From Blasia pusilla (Eukaryota), in assembly GCA_050084515.1 (NCBI GenBank), contig CM114271.1, positions 6,510,001 to 6,574,000 on the forward strand: a stretch of DNA of 64,000 nucleotides, read 5' to 3'. The first letter of the stretch is position 1, and every line of letters starts with the position of its first letter. The notes below the pieces were generated by a model that was not told the DNA's origin, searched no databases, and was given only the letters and a program-made list of their open reading frames with translations. The translations under genes and the position numbers were made by a program. Below, piece by piece: positions 39,175 through 53,939 of the stretch.

Positions 39175-41213
39175 TAAGTGTGTAAATAAGAAATTCCTTG
39201 AGAGAAGGAAACAAGGAAACATATTTGGATTATAGAGAATAAAAGAGAAACTAAAATTAAAACATTTATATCATTAAAATAGGTTAAAATTTGAAACTAA
39301 GTTGTCTTAATTTATTATTAAAGAAATAAATTCAAAAAATATAATGAGAAAGAGGAAATTTATCATTTAACAAAATATTCCAATTCATTCTAATATGCTC
39401 TAAATACGAGTTTTTTCTTTGACACATACAAGGTACTATCGCTAGATATTTCACAATATAAATTTTAAAATATTAAAAACTGGTGAGTTTTATTTATAGG
39501 AAAAAACTTGAGTTTCTTTCAAAATTTTTTCCTACTAAGTCTCTAGAGTATGCTTTATTAACAATGACTCGTGGGAATATTTTATATATATATATATAAA
39601 TAAAATATTCCCAAAGGGAATAAATTCTAAAAAAATAAATTTAAGGGATATTTGCATGTATGTTTCCAATGACCTAAGTGTGTATGAATTCACTTTTTTT
39701 TAGAATTAGAATGGTTAACTTGTTACTTATATTCATATCCTCCTCCCTCATTGGTAGTATATATTAAGGGTGTTAGTATGTTCTTACATGCCCTAAATTT
39801 CTTACATATGGCAAAGGGTTCAAACACATGTTCTTTTGATTGGTTTATGGCCCAACCATAATCATATTCTCATGACTTTATTATTCATTTGATTTATGAG
39901 AGAGAGAGAGAGAGATATTTCCAAATAAGAGAATGGAAGAGAAAAAATTGAGAAGTCTTAAGAAGGGAGGATCTCCAAGAGGAATTTTTTTTAAAAGAAT
40001 GGAAAAAGCCAAAAAGACTAATTTTTCAAAGGAGAATGGGAAGAGAGAAAGTGATATGAAAACTTTTTTTTAACTAGGGAGGACCTAAAAAAAAACTTGG
40101 AAGTGTTTACTTTTCAATAGGGATTGGGAAAATATCAAGGACTGGTTTTTTTTAAAGACGAGGTTTCCTAAGAAGTTTTTCACTAGGAGAGGACTAGGAG
40201 AGGGGAAGAGAAATTAAATTAAATTAAATTACATTAATTGGGCTCTGCTTAATTTAATTGGACATATGTGCACATAATTAATGAAGGAATAAAGAGTACG
40301 TAGTGAAAGTTCATCTCTACCTTCTCTCCATTCCTTAGAAGAGTAGAGTATAAAATTGATAGGACAAGAAAGAGAAGGCAAGTGAATGAGGAGATCCTAT
40401 ACTTTTGGAAAGAGGGTTAGTTAAATCGCATTGCAACTTCTTATTTTTCATCACCTTTTTATTCTTAACTTGGCATGAGGGACTTTAAGGCTTGGAAATG
40501 TTGGCCACATCATGTCTTAAATTGACATTTTCCACAAAACCAAACTTTGCCCGAAAAAGGAAACCTTCATTTCTAGTTTGCAAACAGTAAATGTCATGAA
40601 ATGCACATTTATATATATTATTATTGGAGAATGTCCCTTCATTGTTCAAACTCTTTTTAATACTTGGCACGTTTTAGCCAATATGATCACTCACCTTTTG
40701 AACCAATAGCGTCGTTCAAAGTTAATGTAAAATAATACTTGAAAATTTGAAAATTAATTATAATTTTGAGAGTCTTATACTTGTGTTTATAATCTAGATT
40801 TATTTTTAATTGGAGGGTGCCCTTTCATTTTGCAAACTCGTCTTTTCTTGATATTTTCAGCCAATAAAATCATTAATCTCTTAAACCAATAGAATCTCTC
40901 AAAATTGATTACGCCCATCGTATACTAGCTGTTTTTTTTTTCTCACTATCTAACCCACCCACATGTCCTTCACACGAGGTCGCACGTCGGCTCAAAATGA
41001 CACTTGAAAAATTTGAAAATTAAATACGCAAAACAATTTACACATGTTTAAATTAAATTATTTCCCATAATTACTTACCCCTCCGAATAATTATAGAAAT
41101 TTTAAATATCAGTTTAAATTAATTTCCACCCATACATGGATCCCATACATACGAGCAAACGTGGAGCAGAGATGAGGCGAGAATAGCGAGAACAGAATCG
41201 AAGCTTGGGATTT

Positions 41214-44200
41214 ATGAAACCATTTTCGCAGCTGAGGAAGGGGAATCCATCGGTGGGGAGCACAATGGGAATGGAGAATCGTTGCAATGCTGCAGGAGAA
41301 GGCGGCGACATGCTACCTCAGGTGCTGTGTATCGTGAGCGTTCACTTGTCTCTGAGGGATGTTTGCGCTCTGCTGTGCGTCAGCACCTCGTGCCACCATC
41401 TCCTCACTTCTCATGCTCCACTCTGGAAGGTGGGTTAATTCTCCTGCTGTTCTGGAGATTTCCGCTGTGGAATTCCACTTTTGTGATGTGCATCGATTCG
41501 TGGGACGCAGTGGAAATTCCGTTTTCTTCACCGTTTTGCCTTCCTGCCAGTGACGATACACAAGCTCAAAGCTGCATGCATCCTTGGTCTCTAAGCATCC
41601 AACAGTCTGGACCGACCTCCGACGAAGTAGGTTCCAGCTACGGTGCTAAGCTTTGTTGCTCCTTGGGGGTGGCGTTCATGGGTTGAATTTCAGAAGCTCG
41701 AATTGAAAGGTTTGGCCAACGCCGGGGAGCGCTTGGTCGCAGCTCTGTCGCTGGTGCGTTGTCTCGTTGCCTGCATCCCATAGGGGCGTGCTTGTTGAGG
41801 GTTTGCGAAGCTTGTGGTCTTGAAGCACGGTTGCTTGGAGTGTTTTTCCATGACCACGTTGTCTGAAAGAAGTTTGTGAATGAGTTAGAAGACAAACGCA
41901 GTGTATCAGATATAATGGGAGGAGCCGGAGGGGTGTAACCAACCTACAGTAAATTTTTTTAGTGAATGTTCCAAAATCCAAATGTTCTTGATATGATCGA
42001 GGGGTCTTGACTAAGTTAACGGTGCAAACAGAGCTGCTTCTCCCAGGTTTTGGATGGCGATGTGCTGGGGAAACTTTGTCTTTCCTGTGAATTTTGTATG
42101 CTGTAGGTTGCTGTTGAAAACTTGACTAGAACTGTCTTGTGATTTTCTGATCCTAGTGAATTTTAGAATCATGTCTCCTCCTTACGCGTTTGATCGTCCA
42201 GGTGAGGTTCATACGGACGAAGGCAACTGTGTCGACATCAAAGTAACTGCTTGCCGATTATTAGATACGGAAGATGCTTGTTTTGTAGTCACGCACATTG
42301 GGTTTCTGAGAATTGTGTGAGAGAGTGTAGGGGCTCTGCTCTCAGGTGCCGAAGAAATAAACTTTCTCTAGGAAAGGTCTGGTCCTCTAAACATGTAGAT
42401 ATTGTGCGAATGTTATGAACTGACAACTCCTTTTTTTGGGGGGTCATGGTATTTGGAATATTAGCCGAGGTACACTGATGTAGAGGAAATCAATCTTGAA
42501 TTTGCCAATGGTGTAGAAGATGAACACTTGACGTCAATTGCTCAAAAGGTATCCCATCACATCCCTCAGTATTAAGTTTTTCAAAGTTGTAATTCTTTAT
42601 TTACTTCCATTTCAAGGGTACATTGCAATTTCTTAAGTGGAGAAGCTTTATGTCTTAATGTGCACTCTCCATTTGATTGACAAGTTACAGGCTTTTGTGG
42701 AAGGTCACAACCTTAACAATGCATGATTGGCCTTGATGAATGGCCAAATTTGTGTGCATATTTCTTCACAGCAAGTGTTGGTTGGTGCAGAACTTGCAGA
42801 AGTTGAACTTGAATGCATGTCAGAAGATCACAGATGCTGGAGTCTGTGCTGTGGCGACTGCCAACCCCAATTTGAGATCATTTTCCATCTATTGGAACCT
42901 GAAGTGGGTTACTTGGTTTTTGTCCACATTAATTACAGTTACTCTTTATCAGGCTATGAAACATAGGCCGATGTCAAGATGATCTCACAGATTGGTCCTT
43001 CCTCTGCAACTAAAGGCTACAAAGTAAACGTCATGGGTTTTCAGGCAGTGCATTGCTATAAGTCAACTACTGTTCTTAAAATGGGTCTGGAGCAGCTCCA
43101 TGGCATGTTCCAAATTTTGCTTTTCCTTGTGGTGAATTTTCTGATGTAAAGATTGTCTGTGGCTGACTTAGAGTTACTGATGATGGGGTGGAGCATCTCG
43201 TCAAGACGTGCAGGCAACTTACAGAATTAAACCTCAGTGGATGCAAGGTCTTTTTCAGTCCAACTCTAAACTCTAAAACTTCAAAACCAACTGATCTGTG
43301 GGGGTTGATAGTAGTTTGCGCTTTGAGTTCAACCCATGTTGCCAACATTGGAGAGAACTGTGTTTGTAAACAAAAAATGTAAAGAAAACTTCCGCCGGCA
43401 TGTAATTTGGAAACAAAGAGGAAAAGTTTTCATGAGTAACAGCAATTTAAATGGAGCAAGTTCATCTGAGCTTCACAGAAGTAGAGAAATAAATGTTAGC
43501 TTAATGGTGCTTGAGGAGATTCCAAGAGAGTTGTGTGGCCAGTTTTTTATGCCGATGAGGTTTTTGGGAATATTTCTCATACTTGCAGAATATTTTCTGA
43601 CGCATCTCCTCATGTCTCCGTTGAATACATGCTATTTTGTAGAGCATCACAGATGCAAGCCTGCAGCATCTTGCGCAATATTGCCCAGGAGTTCACAGCC
43701 TGAATCTGACTAGGTGTGGTGTCATTGAGCTACTTTCTTTTTCCATGATCTCTGCAGCTGAAAGCTGCAGAGATATTTGAGAGTGTTCAGTTGGTGGTGA
43801 ATTACCCCTACTTGTTAGACAATTGGAAGCAGACCAGATCTTCCATAAGTCTGCAAGATTTTTATGGCCTGCAAGGTGAAGATGGTATCTTATTGGGTAC
43901 CTTCCGAGCTCTCTCAGTTGGAATACTGTTCTTGGACTCACCAGTCTTGTAATGGTCTTAGGTGGATGTGGAGGTTGCAGGTGTTTGAAGCTGACAGATG
44001 AGGGTTTGATACGGCTGCTTGAATCTTGCATCAACCTTCATGAGTTATATCTCTATGCTATTCCGAAGTACGTATTTTTCAATATAACTTGATTGAATTC
44101 TTGTCCAATGTAGATTTTGAATTTCTCCTTTTTGCAGGAAGTTTTCCAGAGGTCTCTTCTTCTACAAAATGCACTTTCTGGTTGTCTGCCAAAAGAGGGT

Positions 44201-45598
44201 CATTAGACATTTGTAGAAATTCCCTCATAATTCATGACCGACATCAGCCAATTTTGCATGCCGTACCGCAGCTTTACAGACAGGGCATACAGCAAGTTCT
44301 CCAATGTTCGTGAGCTATTACTTCTTGATGTGTGTGGAGCACAGGTAGGATGATACTCTTCAAAAGTTGGGGCCTATTTTATCATCAAACTTCCTTGTTT
44401 AGAAAGCTAGGGTGCACTATACAGTCAACTTCTACAAGAGCAGTACTGTTGGCTCTTTCATAGGCCATCCATTCCTAAAGATGTTGAGGAAAGAGTTGGA
44501 TTAGGTTGTTTTCAACGGCATTGTTTTAAGCAACCTGAAATTTTTAGTAGAGTTTGTAGAATAATAAGTTTTGAGAAATTCAACTGACATGTAAATGTTG
44601 TGTGTAGTATCTTACGGATGATGGATTAGGAGGAATTGCTGAGTGCTCAAAGCTGGTTTCACTGAACCTGACCTGGTCAGTGTTCAATTTTTTCTATGTA
44701 ACGAATACAGGACACGGAGTCAATTGGGGAGATATCAATTCACTTCCAGTACTTCTTGGTCACTTAGTCTGCATTCAGTGAAACAGTTCATGGGCTCCCC
44801 TATTTGGAGTCTGAACTTTACCTGGTCTTCCACCAATCTTTGCTGCAGGTGTGTAAGAGTGACAGATGTGGGGCTTGCGGCTCTAGCTTTGCATTGCACG
44901 TCCCTTGAGCTCTTAAGGTGGGTTATATCTCTTCCAACTCTTGTTAAGCTGAAGTTGACGGAATTCTTAGAGCATGGTAGCATGTTCTCATCTAGGATTG
45001 CTTTGCGTGTATATTAGTGCCTATTTCTGGTGTATGGAACCATGCTTTGAAACATGTTAAACAATCAAATCTGAACACCAATCTGGTGGCCTGTCAGCTT
45101 GCATGGACTGCTTGGAGTCACCGATGAAGGTCTTGAGAAACTAGCCAATTGCTGTGCACAATCTCTCCACACTTTGGATGTAAATGGCTGTGTTAACATC
45201 CAGGTGAGTTTTCGTAATCTAGATTTGTTTCATATGCAGGTGATGACATTCAAAGAGGGGAAATGTTAGGGTCTGTCAGAGAAGCATAGTAGAGATTCCA
45301 GAATTCAGCATACTTGATTGGCTTGACGTTCAGATGAAGTCCTCTGTACTTTTTTTAGTGTGGTCAGAAAAGTGAAGGGTCAACTCATACGTCTTTGATT
45401 TTTTTTCTATTCGGTAGCTTTGTTGACTGGTGTGATGCGATGTGGACTCGTTTATTTAGGGCATCATCTAGTAAAGAAGAATCTATGTATGTTACGTCAA
45501 AGCTGAGTGTAAACATATCATGGGCTATGCAGAGAAGATCAAAGGATGACTTGTTGAAGCTCTTTCCAAAGTTGACCACATTCTTAGTCCACACATGA
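41214..45598 (+). CDS. F-box/LRR-repeat protein (At3g58530-like), about 12 exons; start at ATG 41214 or 41265
   Basis: F-box exon LPQVLCIVSVHLSLRDVCALLCVS..LWK, then NAGERLVAALSL|PRYTDVEEINLEFANGVEDEHL, LNLNACQKITD, FSIYWNL, LNLSGCK, LNLTRC, LYLYAIP, LDVCGAQ, LNLTW|CVRVTDVG, LDVNGCVNI, RSKDDLLKLFPKLTTFLVHT-stop; GT-AG introns. Confidence 0.92.
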
Positions 45599-46644
45599 TT
45601 GGGCAGTCTTCTGTGAAATGATGTCAACATTGAGGGAGTTTGGTCAAACCACCTTCATGCTCATGAAGGATGGATGATGTAGATTTCCAGTTTTATGGAG
45701 CTCAACTCAGTCGGGGATTGTCGATGTGACTGTTCCAGCAGTACTGCAGTAGCACAAATGTGGTGACAGCATGTTAGCCTTTTACCAAGATACCATGCAA
45801 AATGTGTAATGTCCCCCAAAAAAGCAGTCTCGATCTAGGTTTCTGTGAACGAGGGCTGTACTATCTTGGCAAGGTATGGTCTGTCATGGAATTTGAAGAG
45901 GGATGCAGGCACATGTTGAGGATTGAGGATTGAAGATGTCTAGGTGAAACATCAACACGAGGATTGCCTTAGTGTACATCTGTGAAAGGAAAGGCATGTT
46001 AGCTAATTTGCAACGAAATGCAAGATTTTTCAAAAATGCATTCAACCAAGTAACGAGATTGCCATCAACTTGTGAGCGCACCATTTTACCCACCCACGGG
46101 GCCAGTACAGCATGATTTCCGAAATTTGTTTTTCCATATGGAAAGCCGTTGGAGACTGGACTAATTCCTGGAATATGATGTGTCTGTGTATAGTATGAAT
46201 GAAAGTGGTTTGGAGGTTGTCAAAGAACAATCATGAACACTTCATGAGTTTGTGATCCTGCACGTCTCCCGGACGCGGCTTTACTCATCACCGTTGGGTC
46301 ATGTGATTAACTCACTCAAACCACAGCCAGGAGAGGCAGTGATCGTCATCAGGGAACTGCTTCTAAATTGATATTCCTTGAGAATCATCAACTCGCAACA
46401 GAGCAGCTCAGTGCTGAATCCTACTAGCAGACTATCGATACTCATTTCAGTTGAGTCTACTGCAACTGAAGCTCTGCTTCGCAAGGCTCTGAAGTTATGG
46501 GATTCCTTACAAATGTGACTGAATTGTAGATCCATAAAATTCTAAGGACATTCTGTTCTCGAAGTGACCCATGATTCTGTTCTCGATTCTTTACTTACCT
46601 AGACTAGCGAAAGTAACCAATAAAAGAAGTACCAGATAGACGAG

Positions 46645-49600
46645 CTAAGAAGCTAAAGTCATGTCAGGGCAGAAGTTGTTTGAGGAATCACATCCCAGCA
46701 CATCTTGATATTTCCTGGAGATCGTGAAGTAGTCGTAAACTTGGCCATCACTGCTTTTCTTAAATTCAAGCAGGAGACTAGAATGATTGAAGGCTGTGAG
46801 CTTCGTAAATCCATAGTCCCTCTCCTTGACTAGTGACCAGCTTGTGTTTAAAGTTGTGAAGGAAGCCAAATGAGATCCTCCTCCTCCCACTACGAGATGT
46901 ATGGTTGCATTGAATTTGCCGGAGTAGTGATTTTGCTCTTGGCTTACACATATGTTCTGCCACAGCCAAACAACGATTGCATGCACGTCAGCACTTCGTA
47001 AATCCAATAACGGAACAATCGAGCGGCAAAAGTAGATTGATGTTGCTGCACGATGGATGGTTCATTTCCTTTCCTTCTATATACAATGTGCGGCATGCCT
47101 GAGAATAGAAGGATTCATCTGCTCACCTCATACACGGGACATGTCCGCTCGTAATGGTGAAGATGGCCATAGAAAGCAAGGTCAACTTTGTACTTTTGCC
47201 AAAGTACTTGTAGATCGTCTCTTCCCCAGGGTTCGGCGAAGGATCCTTCAGAAGCATATCTCGAACCAGAAGAGTACCCCAGCACCCGATGACTCATGAA
47301 TATCAGCCAGGGCTGTCTGTGCCTATCGACGCTTCTCATGCACTCCTCCAGAAACTTGTATTGTTCCGTCCCTTTGCGCCAGTCCTGTTCAGAGTCTGCA
47401 ACACAGAAGCGGAACATCCCCCAATCCGTTTGGTACCTACATCCGTCCCATCATCTTTCCAACGTCAGATATCATCCTGATTCGAGAAGCTCTGGTGCTT
47501 CTCCATTCATATGATTTTCTTTCTTTCTTTTCAGACATGATCCTGGGGCGGAACGACACTCGACTTTCAAGTAGGACGTCTTTCCAACATAAGCAGATTC
47601 CTAGAGCAAGTTCAATGTCGAGAGATGCTTCTGAAGCATTGGCATCAGTCAGGCGCAGGTAGTAAGAATTTACGACTGACCAGATCTTTCCAGCGTTCTT
47701 TGTAGGCATGTTGAATTCAACTTGTGCAGGTACACCACATTCGCCCCCAGAATCAGTCGTGTTGTAGAAACCTCCAGAGAGAGGCCAGCTCCGTTCATGG
47801 TTACCACTGATGCAAGAGTATTGGAAACAGATTGTTAAAGCTGGCAGATGTCTACAAGGATCTGACCCACGAGTGAATCATCCTACCACCTCGCTACACC
47901 AATGACCAATGTTTGCACCAGTGAACCATTCATCAAACCCAACACTTTTCCGGGACAAGACATGACTGAGTCACAACGTAAGAAACTGAGGATGGATACC
48001 TGGCAGTCATCAATGGCACACTAGAAGATATCTCTTCCACTTGCTCAATGAACTGATCCCATTGTGATACGTATCCATTTGAGTAACTCATGTCCCCGAT
48101 AAGGAACACAAGGTCGTAGTTGTCCACGTCTTCCACGAGCCTGTCGGTGGTGTTTAAGCATCCAGGCTGATAGTTAGCGTATTCATTGGACCCATCACGT
48201 TCTGCCTGGATGTGTACAATCAATAAAATTCATAATCATCAGCAACAATCCACATCCGTATGTTTCTGATGCTGACTCGTATTCGGCCCAAGCACTTCGT
48301 CTGGTGACAACGTATCATCGAGAAAACTTCCCTTCCAGCAACCAGAAGGTATGGTACCAAACTTAGCAGAGAGTCCGCCCAGTATAATCCATCTGTTTGG
48401 GCTCATGTTTGACATTGATGAAGGCCTCTTCTGCCATGTTCACGATGACAATCGTGTACTGGTTTATGAGATGGCGTGAGTTGCATGAAGTAGATCTGAA
48501 AGAAAGTGTAGGTGGCTACCTTGCCCATGTCACCAAAAATAATAACACGTTGCAACGAATCTTGGCCTGGAGAGGGTGCTGAATTGAAGAGGCCGGCCCT
48601 ACCCCATACTAAAGACCCGTCTTTCAGCCGATGGCCCAATTGGTAAACGTACCTGCCCAACGATCGATACCCTAGTGTCAGATTCAAAGCATCAGACTTC
48701 CAATACTCCACTCATTCTCTCTCTAGGATGATTAGCCAACGACCACTGATAAGGACCTTTTGGAGCAGCTGCACCACACATTCGTCTCTTTCGGGTGGGG
48801 TAAACACCGGAAGTTCTAGATGGGGTGGCCCAATGTAGAAAAAATGGTGACAAGATACAACGTTACCACACTTTCATGAATACTCGGAGATTTACTATGC
48901 AGGCTTCTTACATCTCCGTCCCCATGTTTATAGATGGTAGTTCAGGGATGCTTGACGAGTTGACGACGAACATCATTACCTTGTCAATTCCAGGTACGAT
49001 GCTAACAATAGACTAGCATTCTTCCAGGGCCCTGCCTTAAGTATCACCGATTTGATGGCAAGCAAGAACCAGATTCAAATTGGTAGGGATTAAAACTACA
49101 ACAGTTGACTCGGTAGAATTTCCTGGGGTGTAGTCTGCTCTGTTCAGTTCAGTTGTTACAAACTTTGCGAATGAAGTCCCATGATGCTTTTGGGTTCGGG
49201 TGGACAACAACTCACATCATTCATTCTTTCTAGCGGAATACGATGGGCGAAAGGGGAACAGGGATGCTAACGTGCAAAAGATAAGCCACCATCCGTCGAG
49301 AGAGATGGTTTTGACAATATTGCATGGCGGATACTGTGCTGGTCGACAAAAACTCCCACTTACTTCGTTTTGGGCCAGAGCTCCTTCAGGTAACTGGAGT
49401 GAATGTATCCAGGGTCCCGCCATCCGACCGTGCTTGCAGGAGGTCCTGCCAACAGAGAGCAAGCCATTTGGATCCAATCACTTCCAACATCTTGACTCTA
49501 GCCCGGCCAAATTTGTGATCCGACTCTAGCTCTCTGTCACAGATACTAATCCATCCTTTGCTTTTGCTTGAGATGCAACAATCGGTCCCGTTGAATCGTC

Positions 49601-51665
49601 TGGAAAAACTTACATTTTCCCACCTGTACATTTCCCGGGTCCTTGATTATCCTATTTCGAGCACATGTGTGCAATACTCTCCCTGGTACTGAACAAGTAC
49701 GAGAGTTTGAGGTGACGGACTCATGAATCACAGAATGTAGTAAATAAGTGTGAGGATTACCACACATGTCACCGCGAGTGAATGTGAGGGTGACGGCCGC
49801 GCTGGTGTGATTCTCATATCCATTCTGGATACCCCAGACTACAAAAGGAGTCGCCTCATCAGCATTGTAGCCACTCGTCCAGGTCACCGTTATCTGCGTG
49901 GGTGAGCCAGGGCGGCACCATCCAAATAAATTAAGCCCACCACGTCTTCAAAATGCCTTGGTCCTCTCCCTCTCTAGCTCAAAAAACCGTCAGTAGTGCT
50001 GCAACAATAGAACTACGACAAAATAACATCAGTGGATTTCATTATTCTTCAATGTCATCATGTGAGTCTTCTGTCAAAAATAACTCTCTTATGCACATTC
50101 CTCAAATTTCGTCGAACAAGCTTTCGTTACGCGACTCGAAACGAGTGGTGATGTTTCTGGTTTTTCCATACCTCGTTCCATTCCTGGCCTTGTGCCAGAC
50201 GTACATAGCCAGGAGCTTTGGGGTTGGCGAATCTGACTTTGTTGGACACAGCTATCAGCACCGGCTGTAAGAAATAGTGTGCAGAGATCAAGTCATTAGT
50301 TTGGAATGGAGAAGAAAGGCATGCCAAAGTGGTTGAGGCTATCGAAGAAGACAGAAGGAAGGCTCCTTGAGGCGAAGGAAACCAGGACTACCAAGTACAA
50401 ATGACCGAGATGGTGCCCTCTACGAAATCGGTGCAGGTCTTTGTTATTCCTAAGTGAGCGAGGGAGGGGGGGGGGGGGGGGGGGTGGGGTGGTGGGGGTC
50501 CTGAGGGTGCAGAGGAAGCCTTTGACGTGGAAAAAGAGTACTTTTCATCAAAGCATGGATAACTTTTTCTGCAAGAGGTGAAGTGGACCAGAGATACGAA
50601 ATTTCAACCTCGCAGTTCGCAATGCAAATGAAGAGCCAGATGCAGCTTCGAAGTCAAGAGAACACATACACTGCTGATATCCCCTGTGAAATATCCAAAA
50701 GCGAAGTCCTCCCGCTGATTGATCAATCGAAATGTCAAGCTCCCTTTTCCTGTGTTGACGTAATCTGGAGTGGAGAAGTTGGCATAGTTGTACTGCATCC
50801 GAAAGTCCCACTTCACTTTGAGACAAGCTTTGGACTCCAAGGGCTCCTAAACCTACCTGAATCCGACTATTAAGTAAACTCTCACCCATTGAGCTCATCG
50901 ATGAAAGGCAAGCTCAGCTCTTGTCAACACGAGGGGATGAAAGTAGGAAATCTTTCTTTCCTCAAATACTTTCTTCAGATAAAAGAGTGTTACCTTGATG
51001 GGCGCACTACAAATCATTGGCGCTGAGTTTTCACCATCACCACATATTGTTGCACTGCATCAATTTCACAACGAAAATTGAATCACTCGATAACACCATC
51101 CCTCCCATCCATGGACTGAGTAACTGACCCTTTTCTGACCTGGGAAAGGAAAGAGATAACCTCCAAAACAGCAGATGCAAGAAGCCCCAATGTGCTCTAA
51201 TTCAACTTTCTCTGGGAGTAAGCGTACTTGAATTCAGCTGGCGAGAAGACACCGATCCAGTCGCCAGCGCTAGCTCCAGAACCCCTTCCATATCTGACTG
51301 TAACGTAGCCTGCTGCTGTTCTGCCCAAGGACCTTGGCTGCATGACAGTCAGTGCAGGAACGTGAATTACTTAGGCAACCCCTTCCATCTTCGGAGTCTC
51401 GCTTCCTGCCACTGCTTTCGACTCATGGCTAGTCATTTAGAGCACTATTTTCCCGGATTGCGTACGAATGGGGAGTTGAATGAAGTACCTCGAGATCCAC
51501 AAGTTCAGGGGAAGCACTTATGGATGCTCCTGAGTCCAGTTGCATCAAAGACCGAGTGATTCGAACTGTGGAAAGGGGCTGATCGATAGGAGCGACCGTC
51601 GCAAGTGCAGGGTGGCTCACTTGTGCCAATGTTACAGCTAAGAAAACAAGCAAGGCCATCTCCAT
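46645..51665 (-). CDS. Purple acid phosphatase, PAP1/PAP24/PAP27 (nucleotide pyrophosphatase/phosphodiesterase) type, secreted, about 12 exons
   Basis: Signal peptide plus DQPLS; SDWIGVFSP-like exon; GKGSLTFRLINQREDFAF; VSNKVRFANPKAP; GWRDPGYIH; metal-ligand motifs GDMG, GDMSY, GNHE, SHR, GHLH; C-terminus GGGGSHL..DVLGCD..FCPDMTLAS-stop. Confidence 0.95.
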
Positions 51666-53939
51666 TTTTGGGCCAAACTGAGACACAAGCAGAGACATAG
51701 TCTTCAAGTTAAGAATCTCCATCGTCAAGACTCTTCAGAAACATTACTAAATTCTCAAATTATACCTTACATCAGGACCACACAGCCTCCACACCTGTCT
51801 CGATAACTTGTTGGTTGAATAACTTACGAACAGCGTCAACTAAAGAGTGAATGATTAGAGCCCAAGTTTCACGGCTGAGAATTGTTTGACAACCGTTACA
51901 GGCCTCGGAAAACGATAGTGAGGGATGGAAAGGAAATCCGATCAAACAAAGATCGGAATTGTGTCAGAGAAGTAGAGGTGGAATTACTTCACCCATGGAG
52001 AGAATTGAGCAAGGGAGTGCGAAGGAGGGAGTCTTCAAACTGCGCAGAAGGGACAGATCTGGAAATGAAGAGAATCGCTCTTGGATTCGATGGATCTGAG
52101 CTGAGCTACCCGTGGATTGCCCAGTGAGACTTCATCTGAACCTCAGCTCGCTATCAGCATCTTTATTTGTTTCTCTCTCTCTCTCTCTCCTCATCGAATC
52201 GAAGGCTACGACACACACTACTTAATGAATACAGTCTCTCCCCCTCCTTCCGTATCGAAAACACAAAATTCCTGTCATACACTGAATCTCTCCGTAGCTA
52301 GCTTCACCCAATCCAAGAATTGTCACCAGTTAAGTGAATCAGTAGCAAACTAAACCCATGACTTCGAACAGTTACAGAAATCAAGCACACCCACACTTTT
52401 CATAAGCTCCCGCAAGTTTATCCCACTGGGCTGTCCACAACGCAAATCACTCACTCACTCACTCACTCCTGGAACTGCTTACGATAGTGCGATGGAATTC
52501 ACTCTCTCATAAATTGATTGACCCATTGGCGAACTCACACGAGCCAGAGCAGTCAGAATTTCAAGGCAGCCCACCTCCTTCTCCTTCGCTCCTGCGAGCT
52601 TGCGCAATTTGGCAACTTCGGTCGGCACATTCCGATGCCTACAGCACCTTCCCGGCATCTAAGTACTAGTAACTACTGTCGTTTGTTATTTGGGATCCGG
52701 TCTTCGCATTGGCGCTGTGCTGTCCACGGTGGAGTCCATGATGACTTGACGTATCTGGAACTGGACGTAAAAAGGACGGTAATGTACTAATGTGGACTCG
52801 CGTAGCAGACTTCGGTGTTGTCGTTTTCCTGTCAGTCCAACTTGCGAGAGCTGGCCGCGTCGCCACTTAGGACCAAAGCAGAAGTAGATCGTAGTCATGG
52901 GACAAAACTAAGAGTCTAAGCACACTATTCACTTCTAATAGTAGCAAGAAGGAATATTAATCACAATGCATACGTGCATGGGTTTATGTCACTTTTTATA
53001 TTATTTAAGTTTTATTTTAAATTAATTTCATAAGAATTTTTTAAAAGGATTAATTTCATTGGGTGAAATTTTTAAATGAAAAATAATTTTTAAAATGAAA
53101 AAAACACTCTCCAATACACTATACGGAGCTCAAAAGAAGACAAGAGAAAGTCAACGATATCCAACTGAGAAAGGCAACTAGACTTTTCGGACGAAAGTAG
53201 GAACTTAGTTACCCCCATTTAAATATCTCTGTCAAAGCCTTGGAGGTGGGCCCGATGTCTCAAGTGAGGGCCTTGAATATCACACGATTTCCATCGTTTC
53301 CCCCCATCCCCCTTTTATGCTGCTTTTCTTTTCTTTTACTTCTTACTTTTGGTTTAGAGCAGGAATTTGCTTAAGTGGCCCCCTGCCCTACTTATGTTGC
53401 TTAAGTGGCCCCCCTACGAAATCTCTTGCTTGAGTGGCCCCCATGAACTGCCACGTCAGAGTTCCCACCGGTTGGTAGAAATGTTCTTCTACGTAGTTAC
53501 ACTAGCCCAAATGTTTTGGATATAGGAACAATCCCGAGTTAGGGTTTGTCACTTTCGAGTTAGGACTGTTGATCATGCAAATCGTGATCAACACTCGTAC
53601 TTACAATCTCTGGCACATGTTAATTTGTTTACTAATCAGTGTTTACTGTTCATAAGCTTGATTAGAGAATGGATGGTGTCCAGCTACCCAAACATCCTGA
53701 CCTCTCGTGTACTAATGACAATTTTCCAGACTTGAGCAGACAACATTTTCCTCTGGATGACAATGGATTTTCTGGTTCTAGTCGCAAAGACCAAAATTGT
53801 GGATCTTATGAACGAAGGCCATCATCAATAGAGTCATCAGCTGCTTTCAAGTTATGGTGAGCCTCCACTTCCAAGAATGATCCCTGTCTCGAAGGGTTCA
53901 GCCTGGAAGAAGGTAAGATGACGCCGGGTTTAGTGGGCG

